Below are positions 62,303-64,000 of a DNA stretch of 64,000 nucleotides, piece by piece. A program made the position numbers and the translations under genes. The stretch is from Gekko japonicus (Eukaryota). The stretch lies in NCBI RefSeq assembly GCF_001447785.1, contig NW_015170887.1:1957584-2021583 (forward strand). The letters run 5' to 3'. Within the stretch, counting starts at the first letter, position 1. Each line of letters opens with the position of its first letter. Under the pieces are notes generated by a model, which was given only the letters and a program-made list of their open reading frames with translations, was not told where the DNA came from and did no database searches.

Positions 62303-64000
62303 TCATTCATTCATAGACCTTTACTGGCATATCATCAGTCATAAAGTATATAAAACATTGTACCGTAAAATTAAATCTAAAATTCCATATAAATTTAGTA
62401 CAATCAAAATAGTACTATCTAAAATATTGTATCTTAAGAACTTCTGTAAGAAACTTGGCAACATCATTAGTGATCTCATGGAGCGAATCATTTAAGAGAA
62501 GTTGACATTTTGACTTATTACTCAAATAACTTTTAGGATGTTAGAAGGAATTTTCCGTGAGGTAGCTCATACAGGGGGTGTCACGACTCAGATGGGGGTG
62601 TCACCTGACGCTGCCACCACTCTGGATTTAGGTTCCCTTGAGAAGGCCCAGAGTACCCTCCCAAGACCTTCAGACCTCCCTTTAGGCGGAATAACAGACG
62701 TGAGGACCAGGCAGAGTGAAACAAGAAAAAGGTTTATTTTATAGGAGGTCAAACAACAAGGTGCAGAATAATAACAGTAATTGGGTGAAAAGAAAAGAAA
62801 TCAAATGCCCTAACGCGTCTAAATATACACTGTCCCTAGCTCACTATCTCACGTGGCCTTACACTACTCACCCTGTCCTCAGGATGAGGGTCTCTCCCCT
62901 GTAGCAGCCTTCCTTCCAGCTCTACCCTCTGGAAGAAAGAACAGCTCTTCCTGCTGCTCCAGAACTTTCATTCCCAGCCCTCCTCTTTTCCTATTGGTCC
63001 ATTTTGGCTCCAAAACCTCCCAGGGGCTTCTGGGAGTTGTAGGCCCAGCCTCACCTACTGCTAGCCAGGCTCCTTGGGCCTAGTAGGCCTCTACTGGCAC
63101 AGCCCAGATCATGACAGGGGGCATTTGACACTTATGTGCTCAATCATGTCCAGGGAGTTAAAACCACAGGGGCACAGCCGTTCTTGTCTTGGGATTTGAT
63201 GATATCTGCCATAGAGTATTCTAGAGGGAAATGCGTTAACCCTGGCCAGAAGAAAAGCTCTGCAATGAAGAGGGATATCGAGAGTATAAAAATATTGGGG
63301 GATCTTGCCTAAATGGTTAAGAAAGGCTGAGCGTGGCAGGTGAACAAATATGAGGTTGGGTAGGGTGAAGCTTTTGCAGATCAATATCGTTGTTGTTAGA
63401 TTAGTTTAAAAATACGAGGTTCATTGGTTAGGGCTAGGTCTTCAAGAGGAACACCAAATTGATTTAATTTGGATATAATTATGGAATCCCAGGAGGAATT
63501 ATGCAGGGTTTTTTGCATAAACGATAAAAAGGAGCCCGGCTCAGCTCTAAAGTAGATCCTGAGCCAGTAGCGTGTCATTGAGACAATCAAATTTTGTCCC
63601 ACTTCAGAGCAGATTGTAAGGTAAGGCATGCATTTGGGGACACCCATTATTTGTCTAAGAAAGATCGCTTGGATGTTCTCCACATCACGGTTATGGGCAG
63701 TGAACCAAATAGGGATTCTGAACAGGACCTGAGATAGAATCTTAGAGTTAAGTACTCTGATTGCAGCAGGGACATATTGATTGCCGTTGGTAAAAAAGAA
63801 GGATCTAAGTTGGTTTAGAGAGATCCTCGCTAGTTTTATAGTCCTATTTCTGTGGGTTGCCCAACTGAGATTGTAGTTGTAAATTACACCAAGATATTTA
63901 TAACTTTTAACTTGTTGAATTCTGACATTGCCAATATGCCAATTGTAGGGAACCCATTTTTTAAAAAATACTATGACATTTGTCTTGGTATAGTTGATTT
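62303..64000 (-). mobile_element. Non-LTR retrotransposon 3' half with C-terminal CCHC finger (RTE-X-like)
   Basis: YKYLGV thumb motif; FLRQIMGVP; GRYHQIPRQERLCPC...EHISVKCP; (ATGA)n tail at 62303. Confidence 0.75.
62579..63116 (-). mobile_element. Solo LTR nested in the LINE zinc-finger region
   Basis: TGTCACGA...TCATGACA inverted ends; 5-bp TSD GGGGG; AATAAA on minus strand at ~62733. Confidence 0.8.

Overview
Vertebrate genomic DNA from a squamate reptile, probably a gecko judging by its SINE/LINE content. It covers the POMT2-GSTZ1-TMED8 syntenic block. Genes, in order: POMT2 coding exon 1 (-); GSTZ1 (+) with 8 clear coding exons and three candidate first coding exons; an intact 13-exon, ~613-aa gene (-) encoding an unrecognised N-terminal domain plus a C-terminal Kelch beta-propeller, lying where human, from recall, has no such gene; and the last two coding exons plus a ~6.8-kb putative 3'UTR of TMED8 (-). 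Introns hold CR1, L1/Tx1, BovB-like and RTE-X-like LINE fragments, tRNA- and 5S-derived SINEs, hAT MITEs with clean 8-bp TSDs and two solo LTRs. They also hold a near full-length decayed DIRS1-type tyrosine-recombinase retrotransposon with ITRs and ICR still visible, and Penelope-like termini carrying minimal hammerhead ribozyme motifs, one apparently intact. Three assembly gaps. Exon boundaries were derived by hand from GT-AG sites and phase continuity; family names come from recalled motifs, not database searches.
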